The notes under the pieces are model-generated. The model was not told where the DNA came from. It did no database searches and saw only the letters and a program-made list of their open reading frames with translations. The translations under genes were made by a program, and so were the position numbers. From assembly GCA_013815355.1 (NCBI GenBank), contig JACDGG010000002.1, positions 23,908-87,907 on the forward strand: 64,000 nt of DNA. The letters run 5' to 3'. Numbering within the stretch: the stretch's first letter is position 1; every line of letters starts with the position of its first letter. This DNA comes from Solirubrobacterales bacterium. GTDB taxonomy: Bacteria > Actinomycetota > Thermoleophilia > Solirubrobacterales > Solirubrobacteraceae. This document shows positions 27,505 to 37,026 of this stretch, piece by piece.

Positions 27505-28119
27505 GTGGCGCTGCTCTCGCTGCGGGGGGCGGGTCTCTCGCTGATCGTGGAGGGTGAGCTGCGCGGCACCGCCGGGGTATCCGAGCCCGGTATCGCGGTG
27601 GTGCAGGAGCTGCAGCTCACGCTGGGCGAAGGTCCGTGTGTGGATGCCTGGGCGAGCAGGGCAGCGGTGTTGGAGCCTGACCTGGCCGATCCCGCGGTGG
27701 TGCGCTGGCCCGCGTTTGCCCAGGCCGGCGTGGGCGCCGGCGTGCTGGCGGTGTTCGCCTTTCCGCTGGCTCTCGGGGCGATCCGGATCGGGGTGCTGGT
27801 GCTCTACCGCGATCGTCGGGGTTTGCTCAGCGCGGATGAGCTGGCCGACGGGCTGGTGCTGGCCCACGTTGCCACGCACATGGTTCTCGGCCTGCAGGCC
27901 GGGGCTCCGGCGGATACCTTGCACGAGCTGTTGGCGAAGGAGCCCCCGCACTGGGCGGAGATCCATCAGGCGACGGGCATGGTCTCCGTCCAGCTCGAGG
28001 CCCCTCTGGATGAGGCGTTCGTGCGCCTGCGCGCCCACGCGTTCGCTCACGATCTCCCGTTGCGCGACGTGGCGAGCGACGTGGTCGCGGGCCACCTGCG
28101 CCTGGAAGGTTCGGCCTGA
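27505..28119 (+). CDS. GAF-ANTAR RNA-binding regulator (short N-terminus)
   Basis: GAF core with LGEGPCVDAW. ANTAR helix pattern EIHQATGMVSVQLEAPLDEAFVRLRAHAFAHDLPLRDVA. Confidence 0.8.
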   Translation: MALLSLRGAGLSLIVEGELRGTAGVSEPGIAVVQELQLTLGEGPCVDAWASRAAVLEPDLADPAVVRWPAFAQAGVGAGVLAVFAFPLALGAIRIGVLVLYRDRRGLLSADELADGLVLAHVATHMVLGLQAGAPADTLHELLAKEPPHWAEIHQATGMVSVQLEAPLDEAFVRLRAHAFAHDLPLRDVASDVVAGHLRLEGSA

Positions 28120-28165
28120 CCCGTGACCGCTCACGTCATAATGGCTACGGGATCGAGGTGAAAGC

Positions 28166-28906
28166 ATGACACGAGAGCAGCGCATAGTGGAGACGTTCGT
28201 CGAGCTCGCCAACACGATGGTTGACGACTTCGACGTGGTCGAGTTCCTGCACCGGCTGACGGAGCGTTGCGTGGAGCTATTGGACTGCGCCGAGGCAGGG
28301 TTGCTGCTCGCGGACGCCGGAGGTGTCCTGCGGGTGATGGCCTCCTCGAGCGAGCGCTCCGACGCGCTTGAGCTGCTGCAGTCACAGAACGGGGAGGGTC
28401 CCTGCTGGGAGTGCTATCACCGCGGTAGAGCCGTGTTCAGCGAGGATCTCACGGCTGATGGGGATCGTTGGCCGACGTTCGCGCCCGTGGCCTCCGAGAT
28501 GGGGTTCTGTTCGGTGCACGCGGTCCCGATGCGGGTACGCGGCGAGACCGTCGGGACGCTGAACCTGTTTCGCGCCGCTCCCGGGCGAATCGCCGAGCAA
28601 GACATGCCACTCGCGCAGGGCATGGCCGACATCGCCGCGATCGCGCTGCTGCAGGAGCGCTCCGTGCGCGAGTCGCGCGGCGTCGTCGAGCAGCTCCAGG
28701 GCGCGCTCTCGAGCCGGGTGATCATCGAGCAGGCCAAGGGCGTGCTCGCCGAGCGCACTCACATCGGCGTTGACGCCGCGTTCTCAAGGCTTCGCGCACA
28801 CGCCCGGGAGCACCACCGTCGCCTGAGCGACATCGCCCACGAGCTCATCGACGGCCGCCTGGACGCCGCTGCCCTCGCCGACCTGACGACAGACCGCATG
28901 GGCTGA
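28166..28906 (+). CDS. GAF-ANTAR RNA-binding regulator
   Basis: GAF core with GEGPCWECY. ANTAR pattern IIEQAKGVLAERTHIGVDAAFSRLRAHAREHHRRLSDIA. Confidence 0.85.
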   Translation: MTREQRIVETFVELANTMVDDFDVVEFLHRLTERCVELLDCAEAGLLLADAGGVLRVMASSSERSDALELLQSQNGEGPCWECYHRGRAVFSEDLTADGDRWPTFAPVASEMGFCSVHAVPMRVRGETVGTLNLFRAAPGRIAEQDMPLAQGMADIAAIALLQERSVRESRGVVEQLQGALSSRVIIEQAKGVLAERTHIGVDAAFSRLRAHAREHHRRLSDIAHELIDGRLDAAALADLTTDRMG

Positions 28907-30060
28907 TGACGAGGTCGCTGTCGGGGTACACGCTGAGGCTCCGCCGCTTCGACCCGGAGTCGGGCAAGGGGCCCTACTGGCAGGAGTTCAAGGTCGAGCT
29001 TGAGGGTCACCGTTCGGTGCTCGACGCGATCCTCAAGCTGCGCGACGAGGTCGACGGCTCGATCGGGATCCGCTGCTCCTGCCGTCAGGCGATCTGCGGC
29101 TCCTGCGGCGTGAGGATCAACGACAAGCCGGGGCTGGCGTGTCACACCCACCTCGAGCGGGCGGCCCAGGCCGCCTCGGAGGGGAGCCGCGTCATCCAGG
29201 TCGAGCCGATGGGGAACATGCCGGTGATCAAGGACCTGATCGTGGACATGGACGCGGTGCACTGGAAGAAGATCCGACGCGTGACGCCGTGGCTGATCAA
29301 CAAGCAGCCTGTCCCCGAGCGTGAGTACATCGTCTCGCACGAGAGCATGGTCGACGTCACGCAGTCGATGGGCTGTATCCAGTGCGGCGCGTGCGTCTCA
29401 GACTGCCTGTCGATGGAGGTCGATCCGGAGTTCATCGGTCCGGCCCAGCTCGCCAAGGCATACCGCTTCGTCGGCGATCCGCGCGACGCACGGCAGTATG
29501 AGCGGCTGAAGGACCTCGCCGAGGATCCGCACGGCATCTATGACTGCACCCACTGCTGGATGTGCATTGACGCCTGCCCCAAGGACGTCGCGCCGATGAG
29601 CCAGATCATGCGCCTGCGCCGTCTCGCGGGCTCTGAGCACCAGATCGAGGACCGCAACAATGGGCACCGCCACGAGCACGCGTTCACCGAGAACATCGCT
29701 CGCAATGGGCTGCTGCACGAGGCCGACCTGCTGTCGGACTCCTACGGCGGCAAGCTCAGCCCGCGCGCCGTCCCCGTCCTGCTGGGCTCGCTGCCGGTGA
29801 TCCTCAGAGCGCTGATGCGACGCAAGATCACCCTCGGCCACGCACTCCTGCACCCCTATCGACGGCGCTATAAGGACCTGCGCCAGCTATTTGAGTCGAT
29901 CGAGCGCCGGGAGCGGCGCTACGAGCTGAACCTCTACGTCAGCGGCTACGACGGCGCGGAGCCCGCACAGGCCGCCGGCAACGGCCCGGCGATGGTCGCC
30001 ACCGGCACCAGCGGCGTGGGCGCCGGTCAAGCCCCGCGCGAGGAAGGAGAGGACATATGA
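28906..30060 (+). CDS. SdhB/FrdB-type iron-sulfur protein with a C-terminal extension of about 130 aa
   Basis: 2Fe-2S motif [13 protein letters not shown]...LAC, cluster motifs [11 protein letters not shown] and [12 protein letters not shown], then an extra segment with a hydrophobic stretch ([16 protein letters not shown]). Start overlaps the ANTAR gene stop. Confidence 0.8.
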   Translation: MTRSLSGYTLRLRRFDPESGKGPYWQEFKVELEGHRSVLDAILKLRDEVDGSIGIRCSCRQAICGSCGVRINDKPGLACHTHLERAAQAASEGSRVIQVEPMGNMPVIKDLIVDMDAVHWKKIRRVTPWLINKQPVPEREYIVSHESMVDVTQSMGCIQCGACVSDCLSMEVDPEFIGPAQLAKAYRFVGDPRDARQYERLKDLAEDPHGIYDCTHCWMCIDACPKDVAPMSQIMRLRRLAGSEHQIEDRNNGHRHEHAFTENIARNGLLHEADLLSDSYGGKLSPRAVPVLLGSLPVILRALMRRKITLGHALLHPYRRRYKDLRQLFESIERRERRYELNLYVSGYDGAEPAQAAGNGPAMVATGTSGVGAGQAPREEGEDI

Positions 30061-30968
30061 GGGTCGCCTACTGGCCCGGCTGCGTCAGCCGCGGCTTCAC
30101 CCCGGAGCTGCATGGCTCGATGGCCAAGGTCGCGCCGCTGCTCGACATCGAGCTGGTCGAGATGGACCGCGCCGCGTGCTGCGGCGCCGGAGTGATCGCC
30201 GAGCACAACCAGGAGCTCGCGGACACGCTCAACGCCCGCACGTTCGCGCTCGCCCAGCAGACCGACGGCGAGCTGATGATGAACATCTGCTCGACCTGTC
30301 AAGGAGCGCAGACCGAGTGTCAGCAGCGCCTGGACGCCAACGACGCCTACCGCGACCACGTCAACGAGACGCTCGCCAGCGAGGGCCTGCGCTACGAGCG
30401 TGGCCTGACGAACAAGAACTTCCTCTGGCTGCTGGTCGAGGAGATCGGCCTGGCCGCGCTTCAGGCCAAGGTCACGCGACCGCTCAGCAACCTCAGGGTC
30501 GGCCCGTTCTACGGCTGTTACATCGTGCGTCCGATGGACCAGCTGGGAATCGACGACGACCACCCGCGCCACCGCTACCTGCAGTGGGTGATCGAGGCGC
30601 TCGGCGGCACCGTCGTGGACTACGCCGGCGTGTACAAGTGCTGCGGCTTTCCGATCATCACGATGAACCGCGAGGCCTCGCTGCGCCAGGCCGGCCGCCA
30701 CCTCGGCGATGCGCTCGACGCCGACGCCGACTGCCTCGTCACGCCCTGCCCACTGTGCCACCTCAACCTCGACCTGCAGCAGCCGCTGGCCGAGAAGGTC
30801 ATCGGCCGCGAGCTCGGGATGCCGGTGCTCCACCTGCCCCAGCTGGTCGGGCTCGCACTCGGCCTGGAACCCCGGCAGCTCGGCATGAGCAAGCACGTCG
30901 TGCGCCCGGCATCGGTGATCGACTGGAGCGCCGCGGTCGTCGGTGCGAGGGCGGACGCCCAAGCGTAA
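30057..30968 (+). CDS. CCG-domain protein (HdrB / type-E SdhE-like)
   Basis: Two Cys-rich CCG repeats (AACCGAG...CSTCQ and YKCCGFP...[10 protein letters not shown]). Overlaps the previous gene by 4 nt. Confidence 0.8.
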   Translation: MRVAYWPGCVSRGFTPELHGSMAKVAPLLDIELVEMDRAACCGAGVIAEHNQELADTLNARTFALAQQTDGELMMNICSTCQGAQTECQQRLDANDAYRDHVNETLASEGLRYERGLTNKNFLWLLVEEIGLAALQAKVTRPLSNLRVGPFYGCYIVRPMDQLGIDDDHPRHRYLQWVIEALGGTVVDYAGVYKCCGFPIITMNREASLRQAGRHLGDALDADADCLVTPCPLCHLNLDLQQPLAEKVIGRELGMPVLHLPQLVGLALGLEPRQLGMSKHVVRPASVIDWSAAVVGARADAQA

Positions 30969-30994
30969 GAACGTGGGGTGAAACGACGCTAGAG
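30965..30994 (+). promoter_or_regulatory. Recurrent promoter-like motif instance GTAAGAAC-N15-GCTAGAG
   Basis: The TAA stop of the CCG gene lies inside the GTAAGAAC element. Followed by GGAGG and GTG 31018. Confidence 0.55.
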
Positions 30995-31017
30995 AGGCAC
31001 CTATATCGGAGGCCCAA

Positions 31018-31314
31018 GTGTCAGAAGACCCCAGCAGCGACATCGGTAGCGCTCGCAGCATCGATCCCGAGCGCGGTGCGTTCGACCCCCCTGATCACCC
31101 GCCGTTGCGCGATAGCGAGACCAACCCGCGCGGCGTCCGTCACATCGACGAGACGGCCCAGGACGACATGGCGGTCGCAGACCGTCCGCGCTACCAGGCC
31201 GCCCAGCGCCGTCGCTCTGGCATGATCGCCTCAGCGATCGGACGCTTGAAGAACAAGGCGAACCGTAGGGCTGCGCCGTCTCGCTGCGCCCCCGATGATC
31301 CCGAGGTCCCGTAG
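31018..31314 (+). CDS. Small low-complexity/disordered protein (98 aa)
   Basis: GGAGG lies 6 nt before the GTG. Acidic N-terminal half and basic C-terminal half. No family recognised. Confidence 0.5.
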   Translation: MSEDPSSDIGSARSIDPERGAFDPPDHPPLRDSETNPRGVRHIDETAQDDMAVADRPRYQAAQRRRSGMIASAIGRLKNKANRRAAPSRCAPDDPEVP

Positions 31315-31321
31315 CAGGGAC

Positions 31322-32299
31322 ATGGATGGCACTCCCGTACCGGCAGACCTCGATGACACTGACGCCCCTGGGCTGAGACGCCGGTTCGAGGTTGAGCCGG
31401 CCGCGCCGTTTCGGCTCGAGCTGACGGCGTGGGCGCTGCGACGTCGCGCTCACAACGAAGTAGACCGCTGGGACGGGCACATCTATTCGCGCGTGTTGCT
31501 GCTCGGCGACGAGGCGGTGGCGCTCTCGGTGACCCAGAGCGGTCCGCGAGACGCGGCGCGTCTTGCGGTCGCACTGGCGGGCGGACCCATCGATCGGCGC
31601 TGCGAGGCGCTTGCACGCGGCACGCTGGACAAGCTCCTGGGTCTGGAGGTCGACCTATCCGGGTTCGCGGCGATGGCGGCGCGGGACCCGGTGCTCGAGG
31701 AGCTGGCCGCGCGTATGCGAGGGTTCAAGCCGCCGCGCTTCCCGACCGTCTTTGAGGCGCTCGTGAATGCCGTCGCCTGCCAGCAGCTCTCGATCACCGT
31801 CGGGGTCCATCTGCTCAATCGCCTCGCCGCCGCTCACGGCCGGGCGGTGTCAGGGGTGCCCGGTGGCGCCAGTGCGTTCCCGGGTCCGCAGGAGCTCTCG
31901 GGCGTGGCGCCGGAGGAGCTCAAGCTCCTGGGGTTCAGCTTGACGAAGGCGCGTACGATCATCGGCGCCGCCCAAGCGATCGTCGCGGGCGAACTTGACC
32001 TCGAGGGCCTGGAGCTCCTTGACGACGATGTGGCGATCGGGCGGCTGATGGGCCTGTACGGCGTGGGGCGTTGGACCGCGGAGTACGTGATGCTCCGCGG
32101 CCTGGGCCGGCTGCACATCTTCCCCGGAGACGACGTCGGCGCCCGCAACAAGCTTGAGCGTTTCCTCGACATCGAAAGCAAACTCGACTACGCCGGGGTG
32201 GCGCAGGTACTCGCGCGCTGGCGCCCCTACGCCGGGGTCATCTACCTGCACCTGCTGCTCGACTCGCTGTCCGAAGCCGGCCTCGTTGCCGAGGCATGA
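31322..32299 (+). CDS. DNA-3-methyladenine glycosylase II (AlkA, HhH-GPD family)
   Basis: FEALVNAVACQQLS and the HhH LYGVGRWTAEYVMLRGLGRLHIFPGDDVG. ATG 31295 is an alternative start. Confidence 0.8.
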   Translation: MDGTPVPADLDDTDAPGLRRRFEVEPAAPFRLELTAWALRRRAHNEVDRWDGHIYSRVLLLGDEAVALSVTQSGPRDAARLAVALAGGPIDRRCEALARGTLDKLLGLEVDLSGFAAMAARDPVLEELAARMRGFKPPRFPTVFEALVNAVACQQLSITVGVHLLNRLAAAHGRAVSGVPGGASAFPGPQELSGVAPEELKLLGFSLTKARTIIGAAQAIVAGELDLEGLELLDDDVAIGRLMGLYGVGRWTAEYVMLRGLGRLHIFPGDDVGARNKLERFLDIESKLDYAGVAQVLARWRPYAGVIYLHLLLDSLSEAGLVAEA

Positions 32300-32368
32300 A
32301 CGACGGCCCGGACCGGCCATCGGGCTCGACGCGGTCGGCTGCCGTGCCGGCGTCCTAACCACGGTAGG

Positions 32369-32382
32369 TCACTGATCAGTGA
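32369..32382. promoter_or_regulatory. 14-bp perfect palindrome TCACTGATCAGTGA upstream of the SulP gene
   Basis: Read directly. Lies 13 nt before GTG 32395. Confidence 0.35.
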
Positions 32383-32394
32383 TTAGGATGTGAT

Positions 32395-34059
32395 GTGCAA
32401 GCTCGTCTGATCCCGTCGACGTTGCGTGGCTACCAGGCGTCGTGGTTGGGGTCCGACGTGTTGGCCGGTCTGGCGCTCGTCGCTATCGCGGTGCCTGGGG
32501 AGATGGCGACAGCCCGCCTGGTGAACGTCCCGGCGGTTGCCGGTCTCTATGCGTTCATCGCCGGGTCGCTGGCGTTTGCCGTGCTGGGCCGCAGCCCCCA
32601 GATGTCAGTCGGGGCCGACTCCACGATCGCGCCCGTCCTCGCAGCCGCCGTCGCGAGCGTCGCGGCGCTCGGTACGCCGCGCTACCTCGAGCTCGTCTCG
32701 TTCCTCGCCCTCATGACCGGGGCGCTCCTCGTCGCGGTGGGCCTGTTGCGGTTGGGGTGGATCTCCGAGTTCCTCTCGTTGCCGGTGATCACCGGCGTCC
32801 TGGCCGGGATCGCGGTCGAGATCGTGGTCCGCCAGCTCCCTTCGATCCTCGGGTTGGCGGGCGGAGGGACGACGACCGCGGGTCGGGTGCAGAAGGTCGC
32901 CGAGGAGATCGGCCACCTCAACGGCTGGTCCTTGGGGATCGCTGTGGCCGTGTTCGTCGTGGTCGTGGTGGCCGAGCGAGTCGATCGCCGGATCCCCGGG
33001 GCGCTGATCGGCTTGGTCGCGTCGATCGTGGCAGTCGCCGCTTTCGGTCTGAAGTCTCGTGGGGTCATGGTGCTCGGCGCGGTCCATGGTGGCCTGCCGC
33101 CCTTCGGTGTGCCCTCGGCGTCCTGGGCCGACGTTCGCCGCCTGATCGGCCCGGCGCTGACCGTCGCGTTCATCTGCGTGGCGCAGACGGCGGCGACCGT
33201 GCGCGCGTCGAATGCGGACGCGCCGAGCACCGATGATTTCAACCGCGATCTGATGGCGGTGGGAGCGGGAAGCCTTCTCGCCGGCGTGAGCGGATCGTTC
33301 GCCGTTAACTCCAGTCCGCCGCGTACCGAGGTCGTGACGGCCTCGGGCGGACGGTCACAGCTGACAAGCATCGTCGCCGCGCTCGTCGTACTGGGCGTGG
33401 TCCTGTTGGCAACCGGCCTGCTGAAGGACCTGCCGCAGGCCACGCTCGGAGCGATCCTCCTCTACGTCGCCACGAGACTGTTCCGGGTAGGTGACCTGCG
33501 CTCGATTCTGCGCTTCGATCGCCTCGAGTTCGCACTGGCAGTCATCGCCCTGCTAGTCGTGTCGCTCATTGGAATCGAGCAGGGAGTCGTCGTGGCGATA
33601 CTGCTCTGCCTAGCAGACCGGACCCGCCGAGCCGCGCGACCCCAGGATGTGATCCTCGGCCGCGAACCCGGCACCGACCACTGGATTCCGCCCGACGTCG
33701 GACGCCCGACCGAGCAGATCCCCGGTGTAGTGGTGTACCTGATCTACGGGCCGCTCTGGTATGGCAACGCCGACCACATCCGATCGAGGATCCGCGAGAT
33801 CATCGACTCCGCGGTCCACCCGGTGCACGCCATCGTGCTGGACGCCAACGGAATGTCCGACATCGACTACACCGCAGCGCAGACGCTCGCCGCGCTCGCG
33901 ACCGAGCTCGAGCAACAGGACGTTACGACCGGTATCGCACGGTCCTCACACCTCGTCCACCACGACCTCAAGCACAGCGGGCTCCTCGAGATCATTGGTC
34001 CGGACCACCTTTTCGCCACCGTTGAAGAGGCAATCGACGCCCTGGCCAAAGAAATCTGA
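32395..34059 (+). CDS. SulP-family anion transporter with C-terminal STAS domain
   Basis: 554 aa. Polytopic core followed by a STAS-like tail (VVVYLIYGPLWYGNADHIRSRI...VLDANGMSDIDYTAAQTL). Confidence 0.9.
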   Translation: MQARLIPSTLRGYQASWLGSDVLAGLALVAIAVPGEMATARLVNVPAVAGLYAFIAGSLAFAVLGRSPQMSVGADSTIAPVLAAAVASVAALGTPRYLELVSFLALMTGALLVAVGLLRLGWISEFLSLPVITGVLAGIAVEIVVRQLPSILGLAGGGTTTAGRVQKVAEEIGHLNGWSLGIAVAVFVVVVVAERVDRRIPGALIGLVASIVAVAAFGLKSRGVMVLGAVHGGLPPFGVPSASWADVRRLIGPALTVAFICVAQTAATVRASNADAPSTDDFNRDLMAVGAGSLLAGVSGSFAVNSSPPRTEVVTASGGRSQLTSIVAALVVLGVVLLATGLLKDLPQATLGAILLYVATRLFRVGDLRSILRFDRLEFALAVIALLVVSLIGIEQGVVVAILLCLADRTRRAARPQDVILGREPGTDHWIPPDVGRPTEQIPGVVVYLIYGPLWYGNADHIRSRIREIIDSAVHPVHAIVLDANGMSDIDYTAAQTLAALATELEQQDVTTGIARSSHLVHHDLKHSGLLEIIGPDHLFATVEEAIDALAKEI

Positions 34060-34218
34060 ACGACGCATCGAGCCGTCTATGCCCATGACCTGCGCCCCCA
34101 ACGCCTTTCAAAACGGCCAAGGGCTCATCCGGCTCGAGCCGGGGCAGTCGCTCACGACGCGCTGGGGTGTGCGGCTCGCCTGAAGGCAGCCCCTCGCTGA
34201 ACTGCGACACTGGCTGCG

Positions 34219-34551
34219 ATGGACACCTGGGATCTCAAACGCCGTGAGTGGACACCGCATCGTCCTGAGATCCTGTCCTCAACCCAGGAGGGACGCGCGA
34301 TTGCGCTTGACCTTCCCGCGGGCGAGATACTCGCCGAGCATCAGGTTCACGAGGGCGCCTGGATCACTGTCATCGACGGTGAGGTGAGCATCTCAAGCGA
34401 TACCGGGCAAACCGTCGAGGCTCAGCCCGGGATCCTGGTGCATTTCGCGCCCGCGGAGCGCCATGATGTCAAAGCCATCACGGACGCCCGTCTTCTTTTG
34501 CTTCTCACTCCGTGGCCCGGCGCCGGCCATCCGGGAACCTGGAAACGATGA
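34219..34551 (+). CDS. Cupin-domain protein
   Basis: 110 aa with HQVHEGAWITVIDGEV...ERHDV. Paralogue of 37151..37549. Confidence 0.8.
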   Translation: MDTWDLKRREWTPHRPEILSSTQEGRAIALDLPAGEILAEHQVHEGAWITVIDGEVSISSDTGQTVEAQPGILVHFAPAERHDVKAITDARLLLLLTPWPGAGHPGTWKR

Positions 34552-34598
34552 CTCTCGAGCTGACCATGGTTCTCACTCTCGCCCGTTCTCTGCCCGGT

Positions 34599-36323
34599 TC
34601 AGGTGACCTGATAGTTGGGCCCTGCGCCGCCCTCCGCCGGCGTGAGGCGGCCTCCCTTTGCGGTGGTCGCGCCACACTGAACGCAGTTTGACGGCGTTAC
34701 GTGCACATCGACCATGCGGCTCTCGCCGCCGTCGCCGTTTGATCGGAGATCCTTGATCGCCTCCTCGGGGACCTCATAGACCTGCGCAGGGCACATGTGC
34801 TGCCACATCAGGCCGACCGACAAGGGCACGCGGCGTTGGATGCGGATGTGGTTGGGGGCGTCGTCACGGGTCGCGTTGCCCGATAGGAACACGCTGCTCA
34901 GCTTGTCGAACGTCAGCTTGCCGTCCGGCCGCGGGTAGCTTTTGTCGCGCTCGCCGATGAACACGCCGATCTCGGCGTCACTGTGGTTGCGCCAGTGCCC
35001 GCCGGGCAGGCGCCCGCCGGAGAGCTCCATAGCGTTCGCGATCGCGGCGCCGGCGAGGAATCCTTTGGTGAACGGCTGGCGCATGTTGCGAGAGCGGTAA
35101 AGCTCGCTCTCGATCGTGCTCGAGCGGACCATCGCATCGTACGCCGAGAGATCGTCCGTGGAGCCGTGCCTGAGCGCTTGAAAGATCGCCTCCGCGGCGA
35201 GCATCCCAGCGTGCATCGCGAGGTGGATGCCCTTCAGCCTGGGCACGTTGACCATGCCCGTCGAGTCGCCCGCGAGCACCATGCCCGGCGCCCACAACCG
35301 CGCCGGCATCGACCAGTAGCCGCCAGCCGGGATCGTCTTGGCCCCCCACGCGACGCGCCTGCCGCCCTCAAGGATCACACGGACCATCGGATGTGTCTTG
35401 AACTCTTGCAGCAGGTCGTGGAGGGACAGCGTCGCGTCGCGGTAGTCCAGCCCGGCGACAAAGCCCACCGAGACGTGGTCCTGACCCATCGGGTAGATAA
35501 AGCTGCCCCCGAACTCGCGATACTTCGCGGCGTAGCGCAGCGGCCAGCCCATCGTGTGAATGACGCGGTCGAGGGGCCTGCTGACCTCCCACACCTCCTT
35601 GACGCCCAACTCCCAGCCCTGTGGGTCCTGCGAACCCAGGCCAAAGCGCTCAATCGCGGCCAGCGCGAGATGGCCCTGAGTGCCCTCGGCGAGCACTGTC
35701 GCCCGCCCGACCAGCTCCGAGCCCGCCTCGAAGTTCGACAGCTTCTCACCGTCGCGCCCGCGGCCCTTCTCGCCGGTGCGCACCCCGCACACGACACCAT
35801 CCCTGACGAGCAGCTCATACGCTGTGGTCTCCGGGAGGATGTAGACGCCGGCCTCCTCCGCACGCTCGCCGAGCCAGCGCCCGAGCTGTGCGATCGAGAC
35901 GATGTGGTTGCCACGATTGCGAAACGGCGGCGGCACGCGCGGTAGCCTGATCGCGCGCCGCTTGCCCATCAGGTAGACCGCCTCCTTCTCAACCGGACCG
36001 TACGTCGGCCATGCGCTCTCCGGGAGCCCCGGGAACAGCCGGCGCATCGCCGACGGATCCATCGCCGCGCCTGAGAGCAGGTGAGACCCGGTGCTCCTGC
36101 CCTTCTCCACGAGCGCGACCGGGACCTCGCCGAGGGACTCAGCGAGCGCCGGCTCGGACTCCAGCAGCCCCATCAGGCGGATCGCGCACGCCAAGCCCGC
36201 CGGGCCGCCACCGACGATCACCACACCCACCTCCACTCGCTCACCCGGTGCATCTGCCGGCTCCGCTACGAACTCACCCGCTCTCACGGGCGGCGGATAG
36301 TCAGCCGGCCGCTCAACCATCAT
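34599..36323 (-). CDS. Electron-transfer flavoprotein:quinone oxidoreductase (ETF-QO)
   Basis: VVIVGGGPAGLACAIRL FAD fold and a C-terminal 4Fe-4S ferredoxin-like CPAQVYE...CVQCGA. 574 aa. Confidence 0.9.
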   Translation of the reverse strand: MMVERPADYPPPVRAGEFVAEPADAPGERVEVGVVIVGGGPAGLACAIRLMGLLESEPALAESLGEVPVALVEKGRSTGSHLLSGAAMDPSAMRRLFPGLPESAWPTYGPVEKEAVYLMGKRRAIRLPRVPPPFRNRGNHIVSIAQLGRWLGERAEEAGVYILPETTAYELLVRDGVVCGVRTGEKGRGRDGEKLSNFEAGSELVGRATVLAEGTQGHLALAAIERFGLGSQDPQGWELGVKEVWEVSRPLDRVIHTMGWPLRYAAKYREFGGSFIYPMGQDHVSVGFVAGLDYRDATLSLHDLLQEFKTHPMVRVILEGGRRVAWGAKTIPAGGYWSMPARLWAPGMVLAGDSTGMVNVPRLKGIHLAMHAGMLAAEAIFQALRHGSTDDLSAYDAMVRSSTIESELYRSRNMRQPFTKGFLAGAAIANAMELSGGRLPGGHWRNHSDAEIGVFIGERDKSYPRPDGKLTFDKLSSVFLSGNATRDDAPNHIRIQRRVPLSVGLMWQHMCPAQVYEVPEEAIKDLRSNGDGGESRMVDVHVTPSNCVQCGATTAKGGRLTPAEGGAGPNYQVT

Positions 36324-36380
36324 CGGTCCCCGATGCTCTGATATGGGCTACGCCGTTGCGCCACACCTTGGCCCTCATTA

Positions 36381-36766
36381 TCAGCTGGCCGGCAGGTCCG
36401 TGAGCTCACCGAAGCCGAGCGTGCTCGACGCCACGGACTCAAGTGGGATCTCGATGGGGATCACATCCTCACCCTGGGGCATGACGTCGAGGGCCTCGCC
36501 GACCTGGCTCGAGAGATAGGGCGCGAGGTAGCACCGAGCTCAACCGCGGTGTCTTTTAGCCGCAGGCCACGCCAACGCCTCGCCTTGAATGGCTCCTCGA
36601 CGGCCATCGACAGGTTGACGAACCTCAGCTCCGGCGCCATCACCGTGACATCCACACGATCTCGCGCAAGCGCGCGCAGCGCCAAGAGTGTCTCCAGCCC
36701 GGCGACGCCGCCGCCGGCGATGACCACCCGTGGAAGGGACGGCTGGTGGCGGGGTCGGCTCGGCAT
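36381..36766 (-). pseudogene. Internally deleted paralogue of the SQR-like flavoprotein at 58971..60233
   Basis: The first 79 codons or so (MPSRPRHQPSLPRVVIAGGGVAGLETLL...AVELGA) join out of frame to the last 50 codons or so (YLAPYLSSQVGEALDVMPQGEDVIPIEIPLESVASSTLGFGELTDLPAS*). The junction is at a GCT microhomology. Confidence 0.8.
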
Positions 36767-36789
36767 GTCGGTCAATGTTCCTCTACTCG

Positions 36790-36820
36790 CTTAAGCGCGC
36801 GCGCATGTCCGTGTTCTTAC
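36790..36820 (-). promoter_or_regulatory. Recurrent promoter-like motif instance GTAAGAAC-N16-GCTTAAG
   Basis: Minus strand, upstream of the deleted SQR-like pseudogene. Mirrors the copy upstream of the intact paralogue. Confidence 0.5.
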
Positions 36821-37026
36821 GTCGTTACTTTCGGCGCGGCAGCCGGGTGTGGTCGCTGCGGCGCCGCGGCGGGAGAATTAACCTCTACAGCGAACCCGAA
36901 CGGGCGGATCCAGGATGCGACCGTGTCGTTGAGATTCGAGACCCCGACTAGACACCATTCCGCCCAAGCGCACGGCGTCCAGCCACTCTCATCTAATCGC
37001 GAACGCGGACCCCGACCGAGCGCATG

